A stretch of DNA of 64,000 bases, taken from the NCBI GenBank assembly GCA_016748015.1, contig JAAOMT010000301.1, positions 124,001 through 188,000 on the forward strand, in the 5' to 3' direction. This DNA is from Geosiphon pyriformis uo1 (taxonomy: Eukaryota > Fungi > Glomeromycota). Positions 12,726 to 24,063 of this stretch are shown here, piece after piece. The translations under genes and the position numbers were made by a program. The notes beneath the pieces are model-generated. The model saw only the letters and a program-made list of their open reading frames with translations. It made no database searches and was not told the origin of the DNA. Each line of letters begins with the position of its first letter. Within the stretch, counting starts at the first letter, position 1.

Positions 12726-14519
12726 ATGAAACAGACGGTTAAAAGTTCTGGCTCTAAGAATGGTTTCAAGGCTGTTCTGTCAAGGAAAAAGAGAAGAAGT
12801 GGTGTTTTTGAGGACAATGCTGGTGCTGAAGAGGGTTCTGCTAAAGTGCAAAGTGGTCATTCATGGGGTTCAGAGACTGGTGATACCACAAAATCTGACA
12901 GTGTTGATATGGAAGAGGAATGTTTTGTTGAGGAGACAAGTTTCAATTATGGTAAAGGTGGTGCACTCATTGGTGGAGATTTGGATCAAATGCTGAAAGG
13001 TTTGTGGTTGACAACTAGGAAAGCATTGGGAAAATCTTTGGGAAAGATCAACTTCCTGGATGACAATGATAATGATAATGTTTTTCTGGATGCCCCTCTG
13101 GTGCTTCCCCCTCCTCTTAAGAATCTGGTCAATGTTTCAGTTAGAAAGTCATTTGCTTTGGATTTGGATCTGAAAGCGGTAGAAGAAAATTCAGCCCAGA
13201 AGAAGCTTAAGAAGATCAGGAATTTATTTTCTGGAATTAATGGTTTTGGGGGGGCATCTACCCCTTTAAAATTCTCAGGGATTATCAGAATGACGTTCAC
13301 TTCCAAATCGGGTCTAATAAAGGCCACTGAAAAAGCTACTGGTGCGAATATCATGATAAACACTGATCTTAAGAGATCATCTGGGTGATCAGATCGGGCT
13401 GTGGTCATGAAAGAAATTCCAGTTGGAACATTGGCTAAGGCTGTGCATACTGCGCTATCCAAGTTTGAAGTTATTAAGGCGATCAAGATGCAGTTAATTG
13501 GGCTGTGGCAGAAAGCGATGGTGGAATTTGAATGATCGGATCAAGCTGATTTGGCCGCAGCTGAGTGGTCCATCTTAATCGGGAAAGATGCTGTACGTGC
13601 GGCTAGAGCTGATTCAGACAAAGAAGCGTGAGATGTAAGGGACCAACATAGGGTGCTGCTCTACACATTGCTGATGGAGACCACTGCTCATGATATCTGG
13701 GACTTTGTTAGATCTGTGAGTGGGAAAACGTGCGTCATTGATCGTCATTCTGTTACATATGTTCGGGCCAGGTGTGCTGTTGTTTGTTTCAACTCTGCTG
13801 AATTATTAGATGCTACTGTGGGAACCATGCCAGTACTCAGGAACACCAATCTCCACTGGTCTTGCCTCATTTCTGCTAAATGCACCAAGTGTGAGAAATT
13901 GGGTCACATGTCATTGGGTTGTGTAGTTGGTGGGAAATTATCTTCTGGTAGTTCACTGCGTAGGGTTTTCTTGGATACGGATAAAAGCAGGCTAGCAACC
14001 ATTTATGCCAAATGCTCAGCTCTAGTTGTCCATCCAGTATCTTTTGGTGGTCTCTCTTGAACAAAGGTTGCTCACGGGTGTTTTTCGCCCCCCCTCTTTA
14101 GTCAGAACGTTGTGGTAAATAATGGCTCCTCTTCAGAGATAAAGCCGTCCCAACAGGTTGTGATAGAAGTCAATGATAGGTTCGCTGCTCTTGAGCACAG
14201 TCTCGCCAGCCTTGCGGAGCAAGTTGGTAAGCTGGCTAAGAGGTTAGATGCACTTGGGCCAACGGTTCCCCAGCCTAGCCCTGGATGTCAGCCATTGGTG
14301 ACCCCTTCATCACAGGATCAAGGAGCGGATGTAGTGATAAGTGAGGGTTCAGGTGTGTCCACTAGTGGTGGGAATGTCGCGGAAGCGGTGTCTTTTGATA
14401 TGTCTTCAGTGTCTAAGCTGGAAGACAGCATGAAGTGTTTAATGGAGACGGTTCTGGGCCTTTTGGCCAAAGTGGATAGTATAGGTGTGCTTTCGGTGTC
14501 TCTACCCTTCACCCAATGA
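12726..14519 (+). pseudogene. LINE ORF1, copy 2
   Basis: Fragments 12726-13388, 13653-14060 and 14112-14519 in one frame; CTKCEKLGHMSLGC knuckle; stop overlaps the ORF2 start (ATGA). Confidence 0.9.
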
Positions 14520-17500
14520 GCAGTTTAGTTTGGAAAGTTGCTACATGCAATGTCAGGGGCATGAACAATCCCGCTAAGCAAGAGGACATTATTAGGTGGC
14601 ATAAGGAAATGAATAATTTGGTTTCTATTGTTACTGAAACAAAATTAAGAAGTAGGGTTTGTCTGTGGATTGCAGACAAGTTCGATGGTGTCCGAGTGTT
14701 CACTTCTGGTTTGGACTCTGGTCACTTGGGTGTGGGTGTTGCTGTTATTATGGACGTTTCTTTGGCTTGTCATGTGTGCAAGGTTTCTGAGGTGCCTGGT
14801 CGGGTTCTTTCCATTAAATTACTTTTCAAGAGTAAACTTTCTGTGTCAATTTTGGGGCTTTATGCTGGTGCTTTTTCAGTGGTTTGGTTCTCTCAGGCTG
14901 GTGAAATCAATTCTCTCATTGTGAAGGCTGTCAACGAATCTTCTTTTGTCATTCTCAGTGGCAATTTTAATGAAGACAGCTCTCATAAAAGTGCAAGTTT
15001 CAAAGGATGCTTTGATTTGGATCTGGTCAATTCTTTAGTTGGTAGCCCGGCTGCAAAAATGCCCACTTGAGAAAATTCTAAGGGTGTTAAAAAAACAATT
15101 GATTACATGTTTGTCTCTTTGAGTCTTGTCAATGCGATAGTGCATCGTGCAGTTTTGAATGTCAGTGAGCATTTTAACACAGACTATCAAGCTGTTTCAG
15201 TGGATTTGGGTTTGGGCAGACTCTTAGATACGTGTTTGAATTCTCTTCGCAAGCAAGCAAATAAAGACCATTGGAAGTTTGACGTCAAAAGTGCCAGTAA
15301 AGCTAAGTGGTTGGAGTTCAGGGATGCCTCAGCTGCTAATGTCTCTATGTTCTCAGATGCTTTTGGTGTGGCAGTAAAATTTTCAGATGTGGACACTATG
15401 TGGGACATTGTTTGCAAGATCATGGTTCTTTCAACAGGTGGTACATTTAAGAAAAAATGGTTCAAAGGTTTTGATGGCGTGTTTACCAAAACTTCTTCTA
15501 GGTTTTACAAGCTGGAGCTGCTGGTTTCTAAGTTGGTCAAGGCTTCGCGTTTGGCTTCTAGTGATGGTTTTGCTTCTTTGTTGGAGGTGTAGCACAGACT
15601 CGACTCCCCTGGTGCATTGGTGGTTAAGTCTCTGTTTCTTTCAAGTTCTAATTTTGATCTTATTCGTTCTGCGCTGGCCAAAGCAAAAAAATCATACTGC
15701 TCCTTCAAATTAGTGGAATCCAAGTGCGCTGAAGAATCCTCGATCAAGCAGGCTATTGGTAAAAGGATGGAGAGTTTTGAGCTAAACAAGGGTCACACCA
15801 TTAGAAGTGTTTTGGAGTGTCTTTTTTGCAAGGTAGTCCTGGATCATTTGGTTGTAGAAGATGAGTTGATTTTAGAGCCTGTTTTGGTTAAGTCTAAGGT
15901 GGACAAAATTATGGAGAGATGAACCAGAAAACATGAGGTGGTGTCTGACTTGTCTAAGGATTGGGCTCGTCAATATCGGCCTCTGGATTACGTGTTTGAT
16001 GGTGCTTTCTCTGATGTTATGTGTTCGATTAGTTTTGATGAGTTGTCAGCTGTTGTTAAGAATCTTCCTGATGGAAAAGCGGCTGGTCTTTCTGGTATCT
16101 CCAACAAATTATGGAAACATTGTGACAAATCTGTTTTGGATATGCTCTTGGTGCTCTTGAATTTCTGTTTGGTTGGTGAGTCGGTCCCTGGGCCTTGGAG
16201 AGAAGCTTGGGTTTCGATGATTCTTAAACCATATGAATGGGAGGGAGTTCTTACAAACACCCGTTCTATAGCTTTAATTGAAACGGCCCGCAAGATTCTC
16301 TCCAAGATCCTTTTAGATAGGATCTCTCTGGCTTGCAGCACTTTTGACGTTCTTTGTGAGGACAATTTTTTGGTTTTGAAGAGTACGACAACACAATTTC
16401 CCATTTTTGCTATTGGTTCTGTGGTTGAGGATGCCTTGGAGAAGGACCGTGAACTTTGGCTGGTTTTACAGAATATGCGCAAGGCTTATGACTCAATTGG
16501 TTGGGAACATCTTAGGAGAAGTCTAGTCAGGATCAAAATGTGTGACAGGTTTATTAGATTTTTTGGCAGTATTCACAATGGTCGCGTCAACAGAGTGATG
16601 ACTAACTTTGGCTTGACTGATAGGTATTGTGTCCACAATGGGCTGGATCAAGGAGAAATCTTCTCGCCTCTTCTCTGGCATATTTTTTATGATTCACTTT
16701 TGTGCAAGGTCAAGAGACAGGATAGTATGTATGGCTATAGGTTGAATTCTCATTTCATATCAAGAACTGGCCAGGTGGATCCTCAAGCCGGGCTGTCTTC
16801 ATTTCTTGCTGCTGGTGCTTTTGTCGATGATACTATTTGGGTTGGTAGCAGCCAGGCTGCTACACAATGCATCCTTGATGTTACTAGTGAGTTTTTTAGG
16901 TTTAACAATATTTCTGTAAACAATGACAAAACGGTGGCCATTTCCATCAATTGCCAGGTGCTGGATCCTCATTTAACTATCAGTGGTGCGCCTATTTCCA
17001 TTGCCAAGAGAGGGAAATCTCATCGCTATTTGGGTATTTTTTTGTCTTCTGAGGGTCTTTTGAAGCCTAGCTTGACTAAAGCTCAGGCTGATGTACAGTT
17101 TTTTGTAAATCTTGTTTTGAGAAAGGCGATTTCGGACAAACAGTGTGCATATTTGGTGTCTGCGGTTCTTTTCCCTATCATCAGCTACAGAACTCAGTTC
17201 AGTTTTGTTTCTGTTGGTGTTTGTAGTAAATGGGATGCCTTGGTACGCAAGGTCTTAAAATCCAAGTCTGGATTGTCCACGTGATTTCTCCAGTGATGCA
17301 TTTCATCACCTCTCTTTGTACAATTTAAGAACTTTCGAACAGATCCAGGCTGAGAGTAAATTGGTCTTCATTGTTGCTTTTGCAAATTCTACTGGTGTCT
17401 TGGGTCGCTTGTTTTTTCATAGGTCTCATGACCTCCAGGTTCTTAGCTGGCGTCCTCGTCATCCTTTGCTGTTTCCGGCTTGTGTTGGTATTAGTCCCTT

Positions 17501-19205
17501 GGATAATTTTTTGGCAGATGTGGTTCGCATTTTTTCTGGGTGTGATTTGTCTTTGGGAGGCCCTCTAGCTTGTGCTTTTCGTCGTCGGTGCAGTACTCCT
17601 ATGTCTTTGGTTCTTGGTAAATCCTGTTTTTTTAAGTGCATCTCTTCGCTTAGACATTATGAAATTGCTTTCGTGGAACAGCTTCGTGACCGTAATGGTG
17701 ATGTTTTCAGTTGGGGAACCTTCAAGCATTGGAAGAGGCTGGACCCTCGTGGTCCAGTCTTTTTCTGGTTTAATCTTTCTGTTTGCTTTTTTGGTAGCGT
17801 TGTGCCTCTCTCCTCAAGTTCTTCTTTGGTGGATGGTCATACTGTATCTGATATTTGTCTTTCTCATGATTTTGGTTTGATTTGTGACACTTTGCCGACC
17901 ATTGATGCTGCCCGCCTTTCTGTATATATGGATGAATTTTTTTCTGGTCTGGGCACTATTGGCATGAGAGCAGGTGCTGCTGTCTTTTTTGAGGACATTA
18001 ACTTGGGTTTGGGTGTTGGGGTGTCTGGTTTGGTTTCTTCTACTCTAACAGAACTGCAAGCCATAGCTTTGGCCCTTGAGTGTGTTCTTTTTTCTCATTC
18101 AATTAACTTGTTCTCAGATAGCTGGGCTGCTTTGGATGCATGTAGGTCGGAGTCTTTGCTGGTTCATCCGGATTTCAGGAACTGCTGTTAGATCGAGCGT
18201 CGTCACATTGCCACAGTCATTCATCAAAAAAATTTGGATGTGAATTGGGTTAAGATGAAAGGTCATTCAGGTGTCTCAGACAACGAGCATGCTGATGCAC
18301 TTGCCAAAGGTGCTGCTCTTTCTGCTTGGTGCCTATCTCATTTAGTCAGTGAATGTTTTCTATGTGCTGGTGGTACAGCAGTTTTTGGTAATTCTAGACA
18401 CTTTGTTCGTGATATTTTCCGGTCAGTTCATCAAGCTCGTTGAGAGATTGGAGTGAGCTCTCATGTTGTGGATGATAGTTTGCGTGCTGATATCAATTGG
18501 TCTAAGTCTTCTATGGTGTGGCACCCTGATTCTCACTTGGCATCCAGTTTTACCAGCATGCGTATGGCAGACTGTCGTACTTACTTTATGAAGACTCTCC
18601 ATTATCAGCTTTCTGTTGCTGTGTGCAAGCATTTATATGATAGAAGATACCCCAGTGTGGTCTGTCTGTTTTGTGGTAACATTGAGACCTCAGATCATGT
18701 TTTTTCGTGTCCTCAGGATGCCATTGGCCGTGCTCGTTTGTTGGGTGCACATGCTTCAGCTTGGGAGGCTCTTTCTGGTCTTTCTCACTCTTCTTCATGT
18801 GTCTTATAGGCCTTGGCTTCTTGTGTGTCTAAGATTGGAGTTGGTGTTGCTTTGTGTAAGAGCTTTGTTTTTGATGAATGGTTTCATGAGTCTGTCTCAG
18901 TTTTTAAAGATTCTAAGGAGGGTGCTAAGAGGATTGTGAGCTTTGTGCGTGAGTTTTGTCTAGCATTTCGGGATGATGTTTGGTTGGTCTGGGCCAGACA
19001 CCAAGTGTTTATGGAAAAGCATGGTTTGATTCCATGTGATGGTTCTACTCCTGCTTCAGTTTCTGGTTTGTCTATGGTGTTTTCGGCTGGTATAGTCAGA
19101 TTGCTGGGGGTGGCTGAGGCATTTGGAGTTGGTTTCGGGTTTCGTAAGTTTTGTCCATTTTTTTCAGGTATTGGAGATCCAGTTTCTGTGCATATAGGTG
19201 TATAG
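14516..19205 (+). pseudogene. LINE ORF2, copy 2 (APE-RT-RNase H-CCHC)
   Basis: ATCNVRG, TETK, KAYDSIGW, GLDQG, AFVDD, YLGI, KGHSGVSDNEHAD, CLFCGNIETSDHVFSC; several stops and a frameshift near 17280. Confidence 0.95.
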
Positions 19206-19974
19206 TGTAGTCCTGACTGGCCCGAATGGCTGGTCACATGTAGAAAGCGCATGATTCGCACCTAGTTTAGATCATTTGTATGATATATAGCACTAGATCG
19301 CGTTTGGACCTCACTCGTAAAAAAAATAAAAAAAAAAATAATAATAAAATAATATTATTAATAAAAATAGAAATAATAATATATTTATTTAAACCAATAA
19401 TAAAAGTTATATTTTAAAAAACACAATTAAAACACATAATTTAATAAAAAAATTAAAAAACAAAAAAAACAGCTAACAATATTAAAATGTTATAAAAAAA
19501 CAAAAAAAAAACATAATAGTTAGTTATTAAATAAACTAATTAAATTTAAAATTAAAAACAAAATATTATTATATTATATTAAAACAAAAAACAATAAAAT
19601 AAAAAATTTAATCAAAAATAAAATAAATTATTGTATATTAAAAAAATACTTAAAAATAAAACATATAAATTATAATTAAAAAACAAAATTTTAATTAAAT
19701 ATAATAATTAAATAAAATTATATTATATTAAATTATTAGTAATATCTAGTATATTATAATCAAAAACATAAAAAATATTAATAAAACCAAATAAAATTTC
19801 ACAAAATTTAAAATTAATTATTATTATTAAAACTAATATATTAAAAAAAAACATAAATATTATTAATAGATAACAAAACAATTAACAAAATAAAATTATA
19901 GATAACATTTATTTTATTGCTTAATAATTATTCAAAGTATTAAAAAATAAAAAATTAAACATAAAAATAACAAT

Positions 19975-22900
19975 TAGGATTCTAATATTCAGTTTAGTTT
20001 AATTTAAATTTAATTGAATCATTAAACCAAACCAAACTTAAACAGAAAATTTGGCAAAATTTTGAGCTTAAACTCAAACCAGACTTAAAATTACTGAACT
20101 TAAACTAAACTTAAACACATGTAACAAGTTTAATTCAAGTTTGGTTTAAAGTTTATAAATATATTTAGGTTCAACTATTAAAAATATTATATTATACTAT
20201 ATTATTATTTAATTTTTTTTTAATAGTTTTTGTATTTATAATTAAAAACACTGTGCTGCTCTTATAGTTTTAGGCATTAAACAAAATTTCATATCTGTAA
20301 TTATATTTTCATCTGCAAAAAAAATGTATTCAGAAACAATAGATAATTCTTGAATTGTCAAATAATTATAAATTATACATATAAAATGAAAAAATTGTAT
20401 TTGATGTACTTAAATATTAAATTATTAATAAAATATTAATTTAAATAAATATTTTTTGTAATATACTTTCTACTATACTATTATATTTATTTCTCTATTG
20501 GTTATTTTTTCAAAGATATAATAATTAATTTTGTTAAGTTTTTCTTTTTTATTATTATCAAAATTTGCTTTTAATATAAATTATGTAATTAATGCTATAG
20601 TATTATTAAAATTGTTATTCAACAAAAAACTGTTATTTAATATTGATATAATGTTTAGTGTGTACTCTATTTTAAAAAGATTACATATTTTAAAGATTTA
20701 TTTATTATATAAGAGTTAAAAAATAAAATCATTTGAATAAATTAATAATTTATAATTTTTTTGTTTTATTAATATTGTTATCTGAAAAATTTTTTTTTGT
20801 AAAATAATAGAATTATTTCTTTGAATCCAATGTAATATAGAGTATTACAATTGTATTTGTTTTAGAGTAATATTTAATTAACTTTTTTTTTGCTGTTTTA
20901 GCTATCATAATAAGTAATAGATCTAATATAAATATATTAAATAAATAACTAAATAAATACAATCAAGATTATAATGCTTTATCGGATTTATTATCATTAA
21001 CTATGTCTTTAATATAATTAAGAATAATATTAAAAAGAAGAATAATCAAGAAAGCAGTATTATTTAAACTAGTTAATATTTTGATTATAATATTCTTAAA
21101 TAGTTCAAAAAATTTAGCAATTTTATCAAAAACAGTCCACTAATTATGTAAAGAAACATATTAATAAAAATTAATATAAATACTAGTAAAGATGTTTAAT
21201 GTTTATAAATTTACAGTTAGAATTTTTGTATTTAAAATATATGAAATCAGAAATAAATGACTTGCCAATTTAAAAAATAACTTATTTCTAATTATATAAT
21301 AAATAGAATTCTATCTGGTAGAATAATCCAGAATAAGTTTACAGTATTTAATTTAACATACATTATAGACATATTTAAGAAGCTCAAAACATTAGAACAA
21401 AATACAAATTGCAGAGTTAAGTTTTTTAATCTTTAATTTATACAAAATTTACATTAAAAAAATTTTAAGTAAATAAGTTTTTAACAAATACCTTGAAAAC
21501 ATCATTTTTTATTTTATCTAAAATTATCTCTACTGTCAAGTTTAGAATATAATCAAAGCATCAAAATCAAAGATTCTTTGAATTTTATTGAATGTTTTTC
21601 TTTTCTAATTTTTTTACTAACTCTTTTATAAAAGTACTATTATTTACAGTATTATTGAAAGTAATAGCAAAAAACTGTTAAAAAAAATTAGGTTATAATT
21701 AATAAAATTAATAGTAAATTTATATAAAAAAAAAATAAGTATAACTCTTTTTTAAACTTTTTTTTTAAGCTTTTTGACTAAAAATTTGGCTTAAAACAAT
21801 AAAAATCACTTAAGCTACCATTAAAAAAATATGATTTTTAATGATATGAGCATTGTGATAACTTTGAGTCTCAAATAATACTAATACTGAAAATTCAGCT
21901 CTAAAACAATAATAAAACCCAATATTGAGAAAATATGATTTTTATGATATAAGCACTGTAGTAATTCTGAGTTTTAATAATACTAATATACTGTATGATA
22001 TGCCAATATTATTATTGACCATTGACTAATCCAAATTTATGCAAAAATATACATATGTATTTTTGATGTAATTTTTTAATTTTTTAATACTTTAAAAAAT
22101 CTATTTACAATATTTATTTTATTATGTTATTTACTTATTAATCAAAATCAATTATTGTTTGTTAAAGATCCCAACTGTTATTGATATAATAAATGGTAAT
22201 AAAAACAAAAACTTTATTATTGGGAGATGTTCAAAGATCTAATGTAAAAAAAATTTTGAATTTAATAGTATCTAAATATGTTTATTATATTATAAGTATG
22301 AGTAAAAAAAAAACATTTTATAATAAAAATAGTACTTATTCTTAATTTTTGTTTACTCAAGACATAGAGTTTTATGACTATATTTTTAATAACATTAGCA
22401 CAAACAAATTGAAAAGTGAGTTTTAAATATTAGAATATTTTGATTAATTCAGAGTTTTCTATTGTAAAAAATAGTTGCTGACAGTTAATAAGCCAAATAG
22501 TAATTATATTACAAAGTTTTTTATTATTAATGTTAATAATAATTATTATAGAAGGCTAAAGCAGTTTTCTAATTAGATTGGCCAAAAATTATAAAAAAAA
22601 TAGCAATTTTATCTGTTAAAATATTTTTTCAATTAACTTACAATCTTTCTAAACATTTTGTCTTTCTTATGATATTCTTTTATTGTAATATATACTGTTT
22701 AATAAAAAATCTCTAAATAGTATTATAAGAGTTTGGTATAATTTCACAAAAAAATAGTTTATACACATATTTTAAAACTATATATTTAGCTGTTTTTTTT
22801 ATTTATTCAAACTTATCAAAATAGTCTTATACTTCACTTTGAAAACTATATTTACCAAATATATTAATATTTGGATTATTTGAATTATTAAATTATATTA

Positions 22901-23152
22901 TTTTGTATTTTGAATCTTTGATAACATTAAATAATACTAACAATAAATTTATTTTAATTAGTTAAAGAGTAAAATTGTTATATATGTATAATTTTATATA
23001 CTTTTTTAATTGATTATAGTAATTAAACAAAGTAATAATTAATAAATACATAATACAAATTATATTTTTTTTTAATTTCATCGAACTTAAACAAGTTTAT
23101 AAACTTGAATAATATTTAAAATTCAATTTGGTTTAATTTAATTAGAATTTTA
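19975..23152 (-). mobile_element. hAT-superfamily DNA transposon (3.2 kb), eroded transposase on minus strand
   Basis: 12-bp TIR TAGGATTCTAAT / ATTAGAAT(CC>TT)TA; 8-bp TSD ATAACAT-type pair ATAACAAT (19967-74) / ATAATAAT (23153-60); AAACC/AAACT subterminal repeats. Minus-strand motifs D..TR*NS (~21310, ~TRWNS) and NYLTIQELSIVSEYIF (~20340, ~DYLAIQxxSVxSERxF dimerisation domain). Confidence 0.85.
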
Positions 23153-24063
23153 ATAATAATTAACAGTTAAAAAATTTATTATAAAAAAAACAAAAAAAAC
23201 AACTCTATATAATAAATTATAAATCCAGTTAGATAATTATGTAAAAAAATGATTAAAAAAATAAAAAAAAACTTTCAAAGATCTTTTAATAATTTTTTAA
23301 GCCAAAAAGCTAATAAAAACAATTAAAAAAGTTAAAAAAAATAATTTTTAATATTATTATTACTTAGAACAACAATTAAATATTAAGATTTTATATACTA
23401 ATTAAATCAAAAAATATTTAATAAAATATTAATACAACAAGTAGAATATTTTATTGAAAAAATAACTTAATAACTTATTTAAAAGTCATATATTAATTAT
23501 ATATAATTTTGTTAAATTTATGTATAAATAATTAAAATTGAATTTTAAAATAATTAAAATTGTTTGAAATCTTGTTTTGGCTAATTTTAATGTTATCAGT
23601 TTAACTTTTTATAAAACCAAAGAAATTTATTATACCAAAAAGCTTCAAAATCTTATAAAATTAAATTGAATAGAATTAATTTAGCAATTAACAAATATAT
23701 AAAAAACTTTATTAATAATAAAAATCATATAATATACAGTATATTAAAATATTTATTTTACAAAATAGTTTTAAATTATTTAATAGTTAATAATAAACTT
23801 ATTTTAGTTTTTGATAAAATTAAATTGTTAATAAATTTTATTATAAAAAATAAATTAGAAAACAGATTGTTTTAATAAAATTTCTTAATTATAACAATAG
23901 TAATATGTTTCTTTGGTCTTTGTAAACAACTGTGTTTTTTTAAAGATAATAAGTTAAATTTTTATAAATAAATTTTTATCAATAATTAAATTACTTTTTG
24001 AAAACAAAACAGTTAAACTTTTTAATATTTCAAATAAACTTTGATAATATTATAATAAAAGTA

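Larger units (their letters stand above)
12561..19338 (+). mobile_element. Full-length L1-like LINE, copy 2, inserted in the Gypsy integrase
   Basis: Same 5' motif near 12587, ORF1/ORF2, 3' UTR and poly(A) ~19319-19338. Host integrase sequence is continuous across the insertion; probable TSD ATAATAAAA(C/T)A. Confidence 0.95.
1450..23480 (+). mobile_element. Heavily AT-eroded Ty3/Gypsy LTR retrotransposon (gag-pol relic) hosting four nested insertions
   Basis: Eroded RT motifs read at ~2850 (FCIDYYKFN ~ FCVDYRKLN), ~3100 (FIYLDNT ~ YLDD) and ~3330-3363 (xFLxLxxYY). The frame resumes at 10201 and ~11306. Integrase at ~11800-12560 resumes at 19340-19800 and aligns by eye with the better-preserved integrase at 32700-33950. 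Outer boundaries approximate; its own LTRs were not resolved. Confidence 0.8.

Noticed and set aside
3584-19261. Many antisense and alternate-frame ORFs over the LINEs
   Set aside because: Shadows of T/G-biased coding strands; no independent motifs.
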